This document shows positions 56,280 through 64,000 of a stretch of DNA of 64,000 nucleotides, in pieces. The DNA comes from a virus (lineage: Duplodnaviria; Heunggongvirae; Uroviricota; Caudoviricetes): IMG/VR virus record IMGVR_UViG_3300025133_000019; one strand, written 5' to 3'. The notes under the pieces were generated by a model, which was not told the origin of the DNA, searched no databases, and saw only the letters and a program-made list of their open reading frames with translations. Each line of letters opens with the position of its first letter. The stretch's first letter is position 1. A program made the position numbers and the translations under genes.

Positions 56280-56605
56280 TGCCCGAAGTACTCTTGTATA
56301 TAGTACTATCTTTAGCATCTTATTTATACCTATTAAAAGTATACCTTCCCTTCTTATCCGGTTCAACTAGATTAAACAGAAAAGGCGGGATTCCATTTCC
56401 CCTTCTTAGCTATCTGAAAACACAGAAAACTCTCCTTTTAACCGTCAAGAGAAGCTTTTTACATACAAAAATAATAGCCCTCTGTTTTGGAGGGCTATTA
56501 TTTTTGTGGGCTTTAGCCAGTGTGTTTTATATTATACAATGTAAGCTAGTCGTTAGAACCTCCAAGAAGGGAGAGAAGGTGTATGAACAGATTAAGGAAG
56601 TCTAA
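56279..56605 (+). CDS. Small membrane protein
   Basis: Two hydrophobic segments; TAATG coupling. Confidence 0.6.
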   Translation: MPEVLLYIVLSLASYLYLLKVYLPFLSGSTRLNRKGGIPFPLLSYLKTQKTLLLTVKRSFLHTKIIALCFGGLLFLWALASVFYIIQCKLVVRTSKKGEKVYEQIKEV

Positions 56606-57229
56606 GTATATGTCTAAGGCTCCTCTTAAAGCTAATTTCAAGCCTTCCTGAGTTTCCTCAATTCCTGGTCTGTAGGATTGCTTTGTCCTTTGTGTGTCGT
56701 AAGATATTAAACCTGTAAAAAGAAATACTGCAAAACAAGATATCAACACCGAGAAGCTAGAACTCATAATAAAGATATTGGCTACCATTACTACAATGAG
56801 ACCTATTAAAGATGCCAAGAAGAAATTACCAAGGCCACCAAAATCTTTTTTCGTGAAAAAGCCTACCACACTCATAATGACAACCGTCGAAGTGGTTAAA
56901 ATAAATGCTGTCGCTATACTCTCACCCGTATAATACATAAGGAGAGGTGTTAAGGTAGCCCCATTGAGAATGCTAAACAAGGCAAATATAGACCCCAATC
57001 TTGTGAAGGTCATGCTATTTAGAGAGGAGGCCATTCTAAACACTAAATAGAACTCCGCTATTATTAAAGATATAAAAATCCAAGGAGTGGAGACGGCAGT
57101 TAGTATCTCCGGCACACTGGAAATAGTATAAGAGGTTAAAGCTGTCGTAGCCAAGCCGAGAGACAAGAAAGCGTATACATGAGACATGAAAGTAGAAACA
57201 CTCCCCTGCCTAACTTTTGATTGAGACAT
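56546..57229 (-). CDS. Bax inhibitor-1/YccA family membrane protein
   Basis: FM..VY..LS.GL, LNG.TL, TKKDF, SYDTQ, ALDIYLDFLNLFIHLL. Confidence 0.92.
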   Translation of the reverse strand: MSQSKVRQGSVSTFMSHVYAFLSLGLATTALTSYTISSVPEILTAVSTPWIFISLIIAEFYLVFRMASSLNSMTFTRLGSIFALFSILNGATLTPLLMYYTGESIATAFILTTSTVVIMSVVGFFTKKDFGGLGNFFLASLIGLIVVMVANIFIMSSSFSVLISCFAVFLFTGLISYDTQRTKQSYRPGIEETQEGLKLALRGALDIYLDFLNLFIHLLSLLGGSND

Positions 57230-57277
57230 GAATTCTCCTGTTATATTAAATGAATTTTTATATATTATAGAACAAAG

Positions 57278-57901
57278 ATGACAAAAAGTAAACTGCTAAA
57301 TATTTATATAGATGTTATATCTGAGTATGACCCTTCTTTAAATTACGATAAAACTCAATACAAAAAACTTAGAGAAGAAAAGTTAATGCAGATCTTGAAT
57401 ACAAGCGGATTCAATGATTTTGTTGACATAGTAGACGAAATAGAAAGACCGTCACAATCCTTACAAGACTTCATCCTTAGTAAATGGGGAGGAAAAGGAT
57501 TCCCTTATATCAATGAACCAAGTGTTCAAACAGTTCAAAGAGGAGTTGAGGAAGACCCGGATAACTACTTATACGTTATCAACCCTCCCGAGGAAATATC
57601 TCTAGACTACATAAAAAAAGACGCATCCGAAGAAGGCATAAGAAACATTCATGTTCTACAAGCTCTAGGATTCATACCTAGTGACAAGTTACAATTAGAA
57701 ATGGTTAGGAATAATCCGTTCATTATCGAAACATTTTTTAAGGCTGACAAAGAATATATGCCTAAAGATGTTATACTGTTAGCTGCTGTGAATAAATCCA
57801 AAGGAAAGATTTATCCTTTACTAAAGGAATACTTACAGGAAATTCCAGAACTAATAGAGCTAGCCTCTTTTAAACTGGACCCAGCAAATAGAGAGGTTTG
57901 A
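57278..57901 (+). CDS. Hypothetical helical-repeat protein
   Basis: Repeated PS..(V/L)Q...V...P pattern. Confidence 0.65.
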   Translation: MTKSKLLNIYIDVISEYDPSLNYDKTQYKKLREEKLMQILNTSGFNDFVDIVDEIERPSQSLQDFILSKWGGKGFPYINEPSVQTVQRGVEEDPDNYLYVINPPEEISLDYIKKDASEEGIRNIHVLQALGFIPSDKLQLEMVRNNPFIIETFFKADKEYMPKDVILLAAVNKSKGKIYPLLKEYLQEIPELIELASFKLDPANREV

Positions 57902-57902
57902 T

Positions 57903-58205
57903 ATGGAATATTATATTTTATTCGGGGCTGCGTGGGCATCTTGTTTCATAGGCATGTATTTTAATGCGTGGGTATCAGGCAGTTTTAACAAGATAGACGA
58001 CAAGTCTGCTTTAGAAATGACCACCCGTGACCACATAGTTCAATTCAAGAAGCTTGATAAGCTAATAAATTTTTATGGGGACCTCAATTTAAAAGAAAAA
58101 ATTATATGTGTTTCTTTTGGATTTGGCCTCTTTATTTTCGCAACAGTCTATGGCTTATACTGGTATTTAAAGTATTTAGCCCATAGATATTTTTTCTCCC
58201 GATAA
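57903..58205 (+). CDS. Small membrane protein
   Basis: GAGG SD; two hydrophobic segments. Confidence 0.65.
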   Translation: MEYYILFGAAWASCFIGMYFNAWVSGSFNKIDDKSALEMTTRDHIVQFKKLDKLINFYGDLNLKEKIICVSFGFGLFIFATVYGLYWYLKYLAHRYFFSR

Positions 58206-58266
58206 ACTTGGCATATTTCTTGTAATAGTGTTAATGTAAATTAACTTTATTAGCAAGGAGAAAACG

Positions 58267-58656
58267 ATGCTTATAAATATGTTCGACAGTTCAACTATTA
58301 GAAGTTTGCTAGACATAACCAGAAACGATTGGCTCTTATCTGATGACAAAAGAGCTAGATATGCGAAACAGGATTTCAAATCTGTAGCTAGCTCAGACAA
58401 AGTAGTAATGGCTATTCCGACACCAGGATTTGGAGTAGATGACCTAAAGGTTCACGTAGAAAACTCTGTTCTGATAATAGAAGGGGAATCTGAGCACGAA
58501 ATTTTAGGGGAATCTGTTATAAATCAGAAATACACTGTTCCAAGAGACATAGATATAGAGAAGATAGAGTCTTCTATGAAAGATGGAGTTCTTACCATAA
58601 CTCTACCAAGAAAAGAAGTTTCTAAAAAATACCTTACTATCAAAACAGACAATTAA
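58267..58656 (+). CDS. Small heat-shock protein (Hsp20)
   Basis: PGF..DDLKV.VEN.VL.IEGE; KIE.SMKDGVLTITLP. Confidence 0.9.
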   Translation: MLINMFDSSTIRSLLDITRNDWLLSDDKRARYAKQDFKSVASSDKVVMAIPTPGFGVDDLKVHVENSVLIIEGESEHEILGESVINQKYTVPRDIDIEKIESSMKDGVLTITLPRKEVSKKYLTIKTDN

Positions 58657-59243
58657 GGTAAATACACAAAAAAGTTCTCGGTCTCTTTGGTGACTGGGAA
58701 CTTTTTATTAAAAGCGTCGTCAGTTAAATATTGTCTTAGCACGTAAGACATTCTGTGTCCCCAATTCTTCATTAAATTCTTATAGAAATCTTTTATTTCT
58801 TGGTGACTAGGAGTTCTGCCAATCCCTATTTTATCGAACTGAAATTGGTGGTTAGTTTCTATCCTGCTCTTTAGCTTTTCGTGAACATCCCTTTTATCAA
58901 ACAGGGCAACACTTTTAGTATTGGTTAATTTAAGAAACCTCTTGAAAAAATTACGACTGGGGGATATCCAGCTATCTGCCAAATTCCTAAGAACTTCTTG
59001 GTTACTAATTTCCTCTTTGAGATTAGATTTCTTAAGAACCTCTAAAACCTCTTGAAATTTAGAATCTCTAATAACAGCAGCGAGGGCTAAAAAATCTTTA
59101 AGAGCTTTGTTAGCATCCTCTATAAATTTAGGGTCTAGGCTGTCTTCATTATGAACCATTAAAGAATTGAACCTTGACTGAAATTTATTGAAGTCAGACA
59201 AGGTCCACATCACAGGTATCTCTTCGTAATGTAAATTATCCAT
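58653..59243 (-). CDS. Hypothetical protein
   Basis: 196-aa ORF. Confidence 0.7.
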   Translation of the reverse strand: MDNLHYEEIPVMWTLSDFNKFQSRFNSLMVHNEDSLDPKFIEDANKALKDFLALAAVIRDSKFQEVLEVLKKSNLKEEISNQEVLRNLADSWISPSRNFFKRFLKLTNTKSVALFDKRDVHEKLKSRIETNHQFQFDKIGIGRTPSHQEIKDFYKNLMKNWGHRMSYVLRQYLTDDAFNKKFPVTKETENFFVYLP

Positions 59244-59266
59244 CTACATTACTTAAAATGAAAACA

Positions 59267-59758
59267 CTATTGTCCAGTAACTCCCCACCCACCTCTGCTC
59301 TGGTCTTCTGGATCGAACTCAGTAACATCTGCTATTCGTATAGTAGGCATTACCATTAATTGGCAGACTCTGGTTCCTCTGGGTATAAATAAATTTCTTT
59401 CTTTACGCAGGGTATCATAAATACAAAACCCTAAGTAATCGTCTTTTCCACAATAATCGTTATCAATTAAACCTATACTATTTCCTTGCTGTATTCCAAA
59501 TTTCTTAAAAGTGGAACTTCTAGGTAATAGAATACTGTGAAAACCAGCAGGAAGTTTTATTACCACTCCGAGCTTGGCCATAATTAAAGGAGTGTTCTCG
59601 TCTCCATTAATATCTTCTACGGTCACCAGATCAAATCCAGCAGACCCATCTGTCTGAACTCCAGAGTTTTTGTACAGCTCTTTTACCTCTTCGTCTCTGT
59701 AGTGAATTCTTAATTTTACTTCGTTGCTAGAATCAAACGTATCTAATATAACGTCCAT
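59267..59758 (-). CDS. dut: Trimeric dUTPase
   Basis: SAGFDL, PRSS, GLIDNDY.G, R.CQL, RGGWG.TG. Confidence 0.92.
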   Translation of the reverse strand: MDVILDTFDSSNEVKLRIHYRDEEVKELYKNSGVQTDGSAGFDLVTVEDINGDENTPLIMAKLGVVIKLPAGFHSILLPRSSTFKKFGIQQGNSIGLIDNDYCGKDDYLGFCIYDTLRKERNLFIPRGTRVCQLMVMPTIRIADVTEFDPEDQSRGGWGVTGQ

Positions 59759-59803
59759 AACGGTGTCTCCTTAAATAATAATTTTTTATACGGTATTAAC
59801 GAT

Positions 59804-60109
59804 ATGTCTTCTATATTAGCACAACTATACAGAATAAAAAAGATGAGTAATCTTTTTGATATAGATAAAGCTAATAACGATCATCAAACAGACTTCAGAA
59901 ATAACTCCCCTGAGGGTATATATGAACCTATATATCAGGACGATGTAGTTCCAGAACAGGAAGATACTAGAAGAATTCCGGTTGAAAAGTATTATAATGA
60001 TACACCCGTATTTGATGAAGAGATACTCAAAAACTTTGAGAACGAGATAGAAGTTGTCGAGGAAATAAAGTCCAAGGACTCTAATTTAGTCCTAAAAGTA
60101 GTCAAATAG
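59804..60109 (+). CDS. Hypothetical acidic protein
   Basis: ORF track; fills the intergenic space. Confidence 0.55.
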   Translation: MSSILAQLYRIKKMSNLFDIDKANNDHQTDFRNNSPEGIYEPIYQDDVVPEQEDTRRIPVEKYYNDTPVFDEEILKNFENEIEVVEEIKSKDSNLVLKVVK

Positions 60110-60173
60110 TAGCTTTTTACTAACACATCAGTTATACTAATAAAACTTACTCAGTTTAAAAAGGTGATATTAT

Positions 60174-62576
60174 ATGTTACAAGAAATACTTAAATCCATT
60201 ATAGACCTCAGAGAAAAAGAGTGGGGAGAGCGGAGAATAGCACAACACTTTAAAGAAAAGGGCTTTTCTTTTATGACTCGTTACAAGGTGAACGAGTTAA
60301 TTAATGGTCTGGATAATTTCAACCTGGAATTCTACCAAGGAAAAACTTTAGAAGAGGTTTTTCCTAGCATAGCTGTCCAGAACAAAAGAATCACTGAGAA
60401 CAGTATTGAAGAAGACAGGAAACTCAAAAAAGTCAAGTCTGAGAGGGACTCGTACAAGAAGAAGTACGACCAGCTAATGAAGGAAAACAAAGACCTTCAA
60501 GAAAGACAAGATCTTTTAGATGATGTGGAAAGAAACTTTGATGTTAGTAAAGTAACTAAAAGTATCCCTGTTACACCTAAGAACTCCAAAAACATGGACC
60601 GGGCTACTGCGTTTATGATAGCTAGCGATTGGCATATTGAGGAGAGGGTAGACCCGGCGACCATTAACGGGTTAAACGAGTATAATTTGTCTATCTCTGA
60701 GGCGAGATCAAGAGAGTTTTTTAGAAACGGAGTAGACCTTTTAAATAACATGTCTACTTTCCATCAGATAGATACTCTAGTTTTAGGATTACTCGGGGAC
60801 ATGATAACTGGGTATATACACGAAGAGCTAATGGAAAGCAATGAATGCTCTCCAACTCTGGCAATGCTAAGAGCCCAAGAGTATATTACATGGGGTATTG
60901 AATACATCCTTAAAAATACTGAACTAAATGAGATTATTATCCCTTGTTGTTTCGGAAACCACGGACGAACAACCCAGAAAAGAAGGATAAGTACTGGTTA
61001 CTCTAATTCTTTTGAGTGGGCTATGTATAAAAACTTGGAAAAAATGTATGAGGATCACGAGCAGATAGAGTTCATCGTAGCTACCGGGTCTCACATATAT
61101 TTAGAAATCTTTGAAAACTTTACAGTAAGATTCCATCACGGAGATGATATTAGATATCTTGGCGGTGTAGGAGGATTAACTATTCCTCTTAATAAAGCTA
61201 TAGCTGGGTGGGACACCGTAAAAAAGGCAGACTTAACAGTCATTGGTCACTTTCATCAACTCACTGATACAGGAAACGCTGTTGTTAACGGATGCTTCAC
61301 GGAAGACATGCTAATAACTATGGAAAACGGCACTAGAAAATCTATTGCTGAAGTCCAGATTGGTGAGAAAGTTTTAACAAGAACTGGAGAATCTCATAGG
61401 GTTGTTAATACGTTAAAGAGGCCCCACAACGATAGATTACTCAATATAAGGTTCCAAGGCAAACAAAACGATATTAGGTGTACTCCTAACCACGAATTTT
61501 GGGCCATAAAAAACAATAGGACTTCTCAAACCTTAAGGCCGAGAGGAACTAAGGATTACACAAGAACTCCTGAATTTTTAGAGGCTGAGTGGATACCCGC
61601 CGAGTGTCTGAACAAGGGTGACTTAATACAAATTCCTTGGGACAAAGAGATTGTTGATGATCCTAATCTGGACTTAGACTTCTGTAGATTACTGGGATTT
61701 TACTTGGCAGAAGGTTCCATATCAAGACGTTATACTAAAAAAGAAAAAGTTGAAAAACTAAACCAAATAAATTTTACATTTCATATAGATGAAGTAGAAT
61801 ATTCTGACTTTGTTGAAAAAACTTTGAAAGATAGATTTGATTGCCATATAGGTCTCTCAGTTAGAGACGAAAAAACTACACGAGCTGTAGTTGTTAGTAG
61901 AGAACATATTTCAAATAGATTTTATGAGCTATGTGGTAAAGGCTCCCACAACAAAATAATGAGTGAAGTCTTGATGAAGCTACCGCCCGAGAAGCAGGAA
62001 CAAATTCTCATGGGATGGATTCAAGGGGACGGGCATGTTAACAAGGGCAACTCTGCCAAGGGAAGATTCAGAAACGTGTCGGGAGCGACTGTTAGTTTTG
62101 ATTTAGCTTGTCAAATGTACATTTTAGCTCTTAGATGCGGTCTCAAGCCGAGGCTATACTCCCAACAAGCTAATTCGCAAAGAAAAAGTAATTGTTATGC
62201 CATCCACTTCGGAAAAGAAGATTACCATAAAATTCTTGAGGAAATGGACGATGGAAAAATAAAAGCCGAATTTAGGCAAAGTTCCCAGTTCAGAAAGACC
62301 GATATAGGAATGAGAGAGGTTGACGGAGACCTATTCGTACCTATAGAAAATATTTGGTCCGAAGATTTTAACGGATCTGTTTATGATCTACAAGTAGAAA
62401 ATGAACATTCCTATGTGGTAAATGGAATAGGAGTTCACAACTCTTTAATTGGTTTTGGGCCTTACGCATTGTCAATAAAGGCTTCGTATGAGCCTGCTCA
62501 GCAAGCGTTTTTCTTAGTTCATGAGACTCATGGAAAAACTATATTCTCGCCCATTCAAGTAATGGTTGAAGATTAA
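60174..62576 (+). CDS. Calcineurin-like metallophosphoesterase with N-terminal HTH/coiled coil, containing an intein
   Basis: SDWH, GDMITG, GNHGR, HHGD, GHFH; NG|S junction interrupted. Confidence 0.88.
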   Translation: MLQEILKSIIDLREKEWGERRIAQHFKEKGFSFMTRYKVNELINGLDNFNLEFYQGKTLEEVFPSIAVQNKRITENSIEEDRKLKKVKSERDSYKKKYDQLMKENKDLQERQDLLDDVERNFDVSKVTKSIPVTPKNSKNMDRATAFMIASDWHIEERVDPATINGLNEYNLSISEARSREFFRNGVDLLNNMSTFHQIDTLVLGLLGDMITGYIHEELMESNECSPTLAMLRAQEYITWGIEYILKNTELNEIIIPCCFGNHGRTTQKRRISTGYSNSFEWAMYKNLEKMYEDHEQIEFIVATGSHIYLEIFENFTVRFHHGDDIRYLGGVGGLTIPLNKAIAGWDTVKKADLTVIGHFHQLTDTGNAVVNGCFTEDMLITMENGTRKSIAEVQIGEKVLTRTGESHRVVNTLKRPHNDRLLNIRFQGKQNDIRCTPNHEFWAIKNNRTSQTLRPRGTKDYTRTPEFLEAEWIPAECLNKGDLIQIPWDKEIVDDPNLDLDFCRLLGFYLAEGSISRRYTKKEKVEKLNQINFTFHIDEVEYSDFVEKTLKDRFDCHIGLSVRDEKTTRAVVVSREHISNRFYELCGKGSHNKIMSEVLMKLPPEKQEQILMGWIQGDGHVNKGNSAKGRFRNVSGATVSFDLACQMYILALRCGLKPRLYSQQANSQRKSNCYAIHFGKEDYHKILEEMDDGKIKAEFRQSSQFRKTDIGMREVDGDLFVPIENIWSEDFNGSVYDLQVENEHSYVVNGIGVHNSLIGFGPYALSIKASYEPAQQAFFLVHETHGKTIFSPIQVMVED
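61293..62441 (+). mobile_element. Intein with LAGLIDADG homing endonuclease (Cys374-Asn756, 383 aa)
   Basis: CFTEDMLI block A, CTPNHEF block B, LLGFYLAEG and LMGWIQGDG helices, VYDLQV..HSY...VHN|S. Confidence 0.93.
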
Positions 62577-62577
62577 G

Positions 62578-62871
62578 TTACTTAGAAGATTCAAGACGGG
62601 ATTCAATATCTTTTAGAATTTGGTCCCGTTCTTTCTCTAAAGTATCTTTGTCAGTTTCCCAAGACTTCTCAGCTTTCTGCCATTCCAAAGTCTTGTATTC
62701 CTTATCCATCTTCTTATCAGAATAGACACCTTCATGCATTTCATCTATATATGCAGCTTCTATGCTTATAAGAGAATCTATAATAGAATCCACTTTAGCT
62801 TTGACTTTTATATGTGATAAAGGTAGTTTTGACATTCTAATATGATGCCAAAATAAACAATTATTTTTCAA
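62578..62871 (-). CDS. Hypothetical protein
   Basis: Downstream of the IMPDH/GMPR gene. Confidence 0.6.
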   Translation of the reverse strand: MKNNCLFWHHIRMSKLPLSHIKVKAKVDSIIDSLISIEAAYIDEMHEGVYSDKKMDKEYKTLEWQKAEKSWETDKDTLEKERDQILKDIESRLESSK

Positions 62872-63934
62872 TTCCGTGCGGAATATTCAAAACATTGACA
62901 TTGGGAGTTATTTTGTGGGCTCTACATTCCCTAAGTTGTGAAATGTTGCTGGCCCCTCCGTAAGAAAAAGCTGACCCCATACCAGAAATTATTTCTCTGA
63001 TAATAGGAACTGCGCTGCCTTTGAATTCTTTGTAGGTACTCACGCCTTCTGGAGCTGTTTCTTGGCCATTATCCATATGCAAGGACTTCCTGGCCTGCAA
63101 AGAAGCCATCCCCCTGTATTCTTTATAAAATACATCTTCTATTTCTACTAGGTCTCCGGGAGTTTCTATGGTAGCAGAAAGAATCCCGCCAAGCATAACC
63201 GAATCCGCTCCAGCCCAAAGAGCTTTGACGATATCACCACACACCCTGTGTCCCCCGTCTGCTATAATGGGAATCCCAAAATTAGTAGATGGTATAAAGC
63301 AACTTTCTATGGCTGTCACCATAGGAACACCAAACCCAGTAACTACTCTGGTCTGGCACATACTTCCTCCTCCTATACCTACTTTTACTGAATCTACCCC
63401 GACATCAGCAACAAAATTAAAAGCCTCGGGAGTACAAACATTTCCAGCTACAACCTCGGTGCTAGAAAAATTCTTTTTGATAAAGTCAACAGTCCTTTTT
63501 AGTTTGTCGCTGAAACCGTGAGCTATGTCAACTACGATAGCATTAACCCCAGCATTAACTAATTCATGACATCTCTCTTGGTAATCTGAATTAACTCCCA
63601 CGCTAGCTATAACGGGATAATCAGAACAGATTTTAGAATCCTTCTTCAAAAAGTCCCTGTGTGATTTAACAATATCAACTTGCTCTCTGATGGTGTTATT
63701 CCTATGAAGGATACCTATAGCTCCTAAATAAGCCATTGTATTCATCATTTCTAGCTCAGTTACAGTATCCATGTTGGCGGATACTAGCGGTATTTTTAAG
63801 CTTATTTTTTTGGTGATTTTTCCGGTAAGATCAGCGGTAGTTCGGCTTTCCAGACTTTTTCTTGGTATCAAGAGGATATCGTCATAAGTGACGGCTTCGG
63901 AAACAATCCTGCTTCCAGGAGTGATAAATGGCAT
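62861..63934 (-). CDS. IMP dehydrogenase / GMP reductase family protein lacking CBS domains
   Basis: YDDILL.P, SANMDTVT, DIAHG, AGNV, KVGIGGGSMCQTR, IIADGG, YRGMAS, PEG. Confidence 0.9.
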   Translation of the reverse strand: MPFITPGSRIVSEAVTYDDILLIPRKSLESRTTADLTGKITKKISLKIPLVSANMDTVTELEMMNTMAYLGAIGILHRNNTIREQVDIVKSHRDFLKKDSKICSDYPVIASVGVNSDYQERCHELVNAGVNAIVVDIAHGFSDKLKRTVDFIKKNFSSTEVVAGNVCTPEAFNFVADVGVDSVKVGIGGGSMCQTRVVTGFGVPMVTAIESCFIPSTNFGIPIIADGGHRVCGDIVKALWAGADSVMLGGILSATIETPGDLVEIEDVFYKEYRGMASLQARKSLHMDNGQETAPEGVSTYKEFKGSAVPIIREIISGMGSAFSYGGASNISQLRECRAHKITPNVNVLNIPHGIEK

Positions 63935-64000
63935 AGCGCCTTCCTTATAAATAACTAATTTAGTCGATTGGATCGAATTCGTCGTCTTCTAGCTCTTCAT

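Noticed and set aside
36600-63521. Opposite-strand ORFs overlapping supported genes (e.g. 36600, 40863, 42993, 52563, 60497, 63168)
   Set aside because: Shadow frames of motif-supported genes.
1-64000. Genome-wide TAG reassignment (genetic code 15)
   Set aside because: Long ORFs are intact in the standard code, and many genes end in TAG right at a terminator or the next gene. Only two in-frame cases were seen.

Overview
This AT-rich window looks like part of a large lytic bacteriophage genome. It has dense small ORFs with Shine-Dalgarno (SD) sites, intrinsic terminators, one tRNA and no host housekeeping operons. Three zones stand out. (1) 1-41.4 kb is a divergently transcribed early/accessory region: leftward to ~35.6 kb, rightward from ~36.0 kb. 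It is cut into modules by 31 copies of a non-canonical promoter-like motif (CACTTGAC-N13-TAYTAR), GC hairpin terminators and 11 copies of a fixed-polarity 22-bp box. It encodes two ArdA-like proteins, a GHKL ATPase, a split gamma-less FtsK, SprT, a radical SAM protein, DUF932, a MazG-like/HD fusion, a HAD phosphatase, a CCA-adding enzyme, a BrnA-like RHH protein, an ArfA-like peptide, tRNA(CAU) and candidate structured RNAs. (2) After an iteron/hairpin-rich boundary at 41.4-41.9 kb lies a ~10-kb co-oriented array of 21 paralogous genes. They are built from about 50 diverged CxxC-x3-[IL][TS]P[YF]-xn-HxxC zinc-finger-like modules, the most striking unexplained system in the window. (3) 52.5-64 kb holds metabolic and host-takeover genes: deoxynucleoside kinase, BI-1/YccA, Hsp20, dUTPase, an intein-containing metallophosphoesterase and an IMPDH/GMP reductase. 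All family calls are from motif recognition by eye; no database searches were run.
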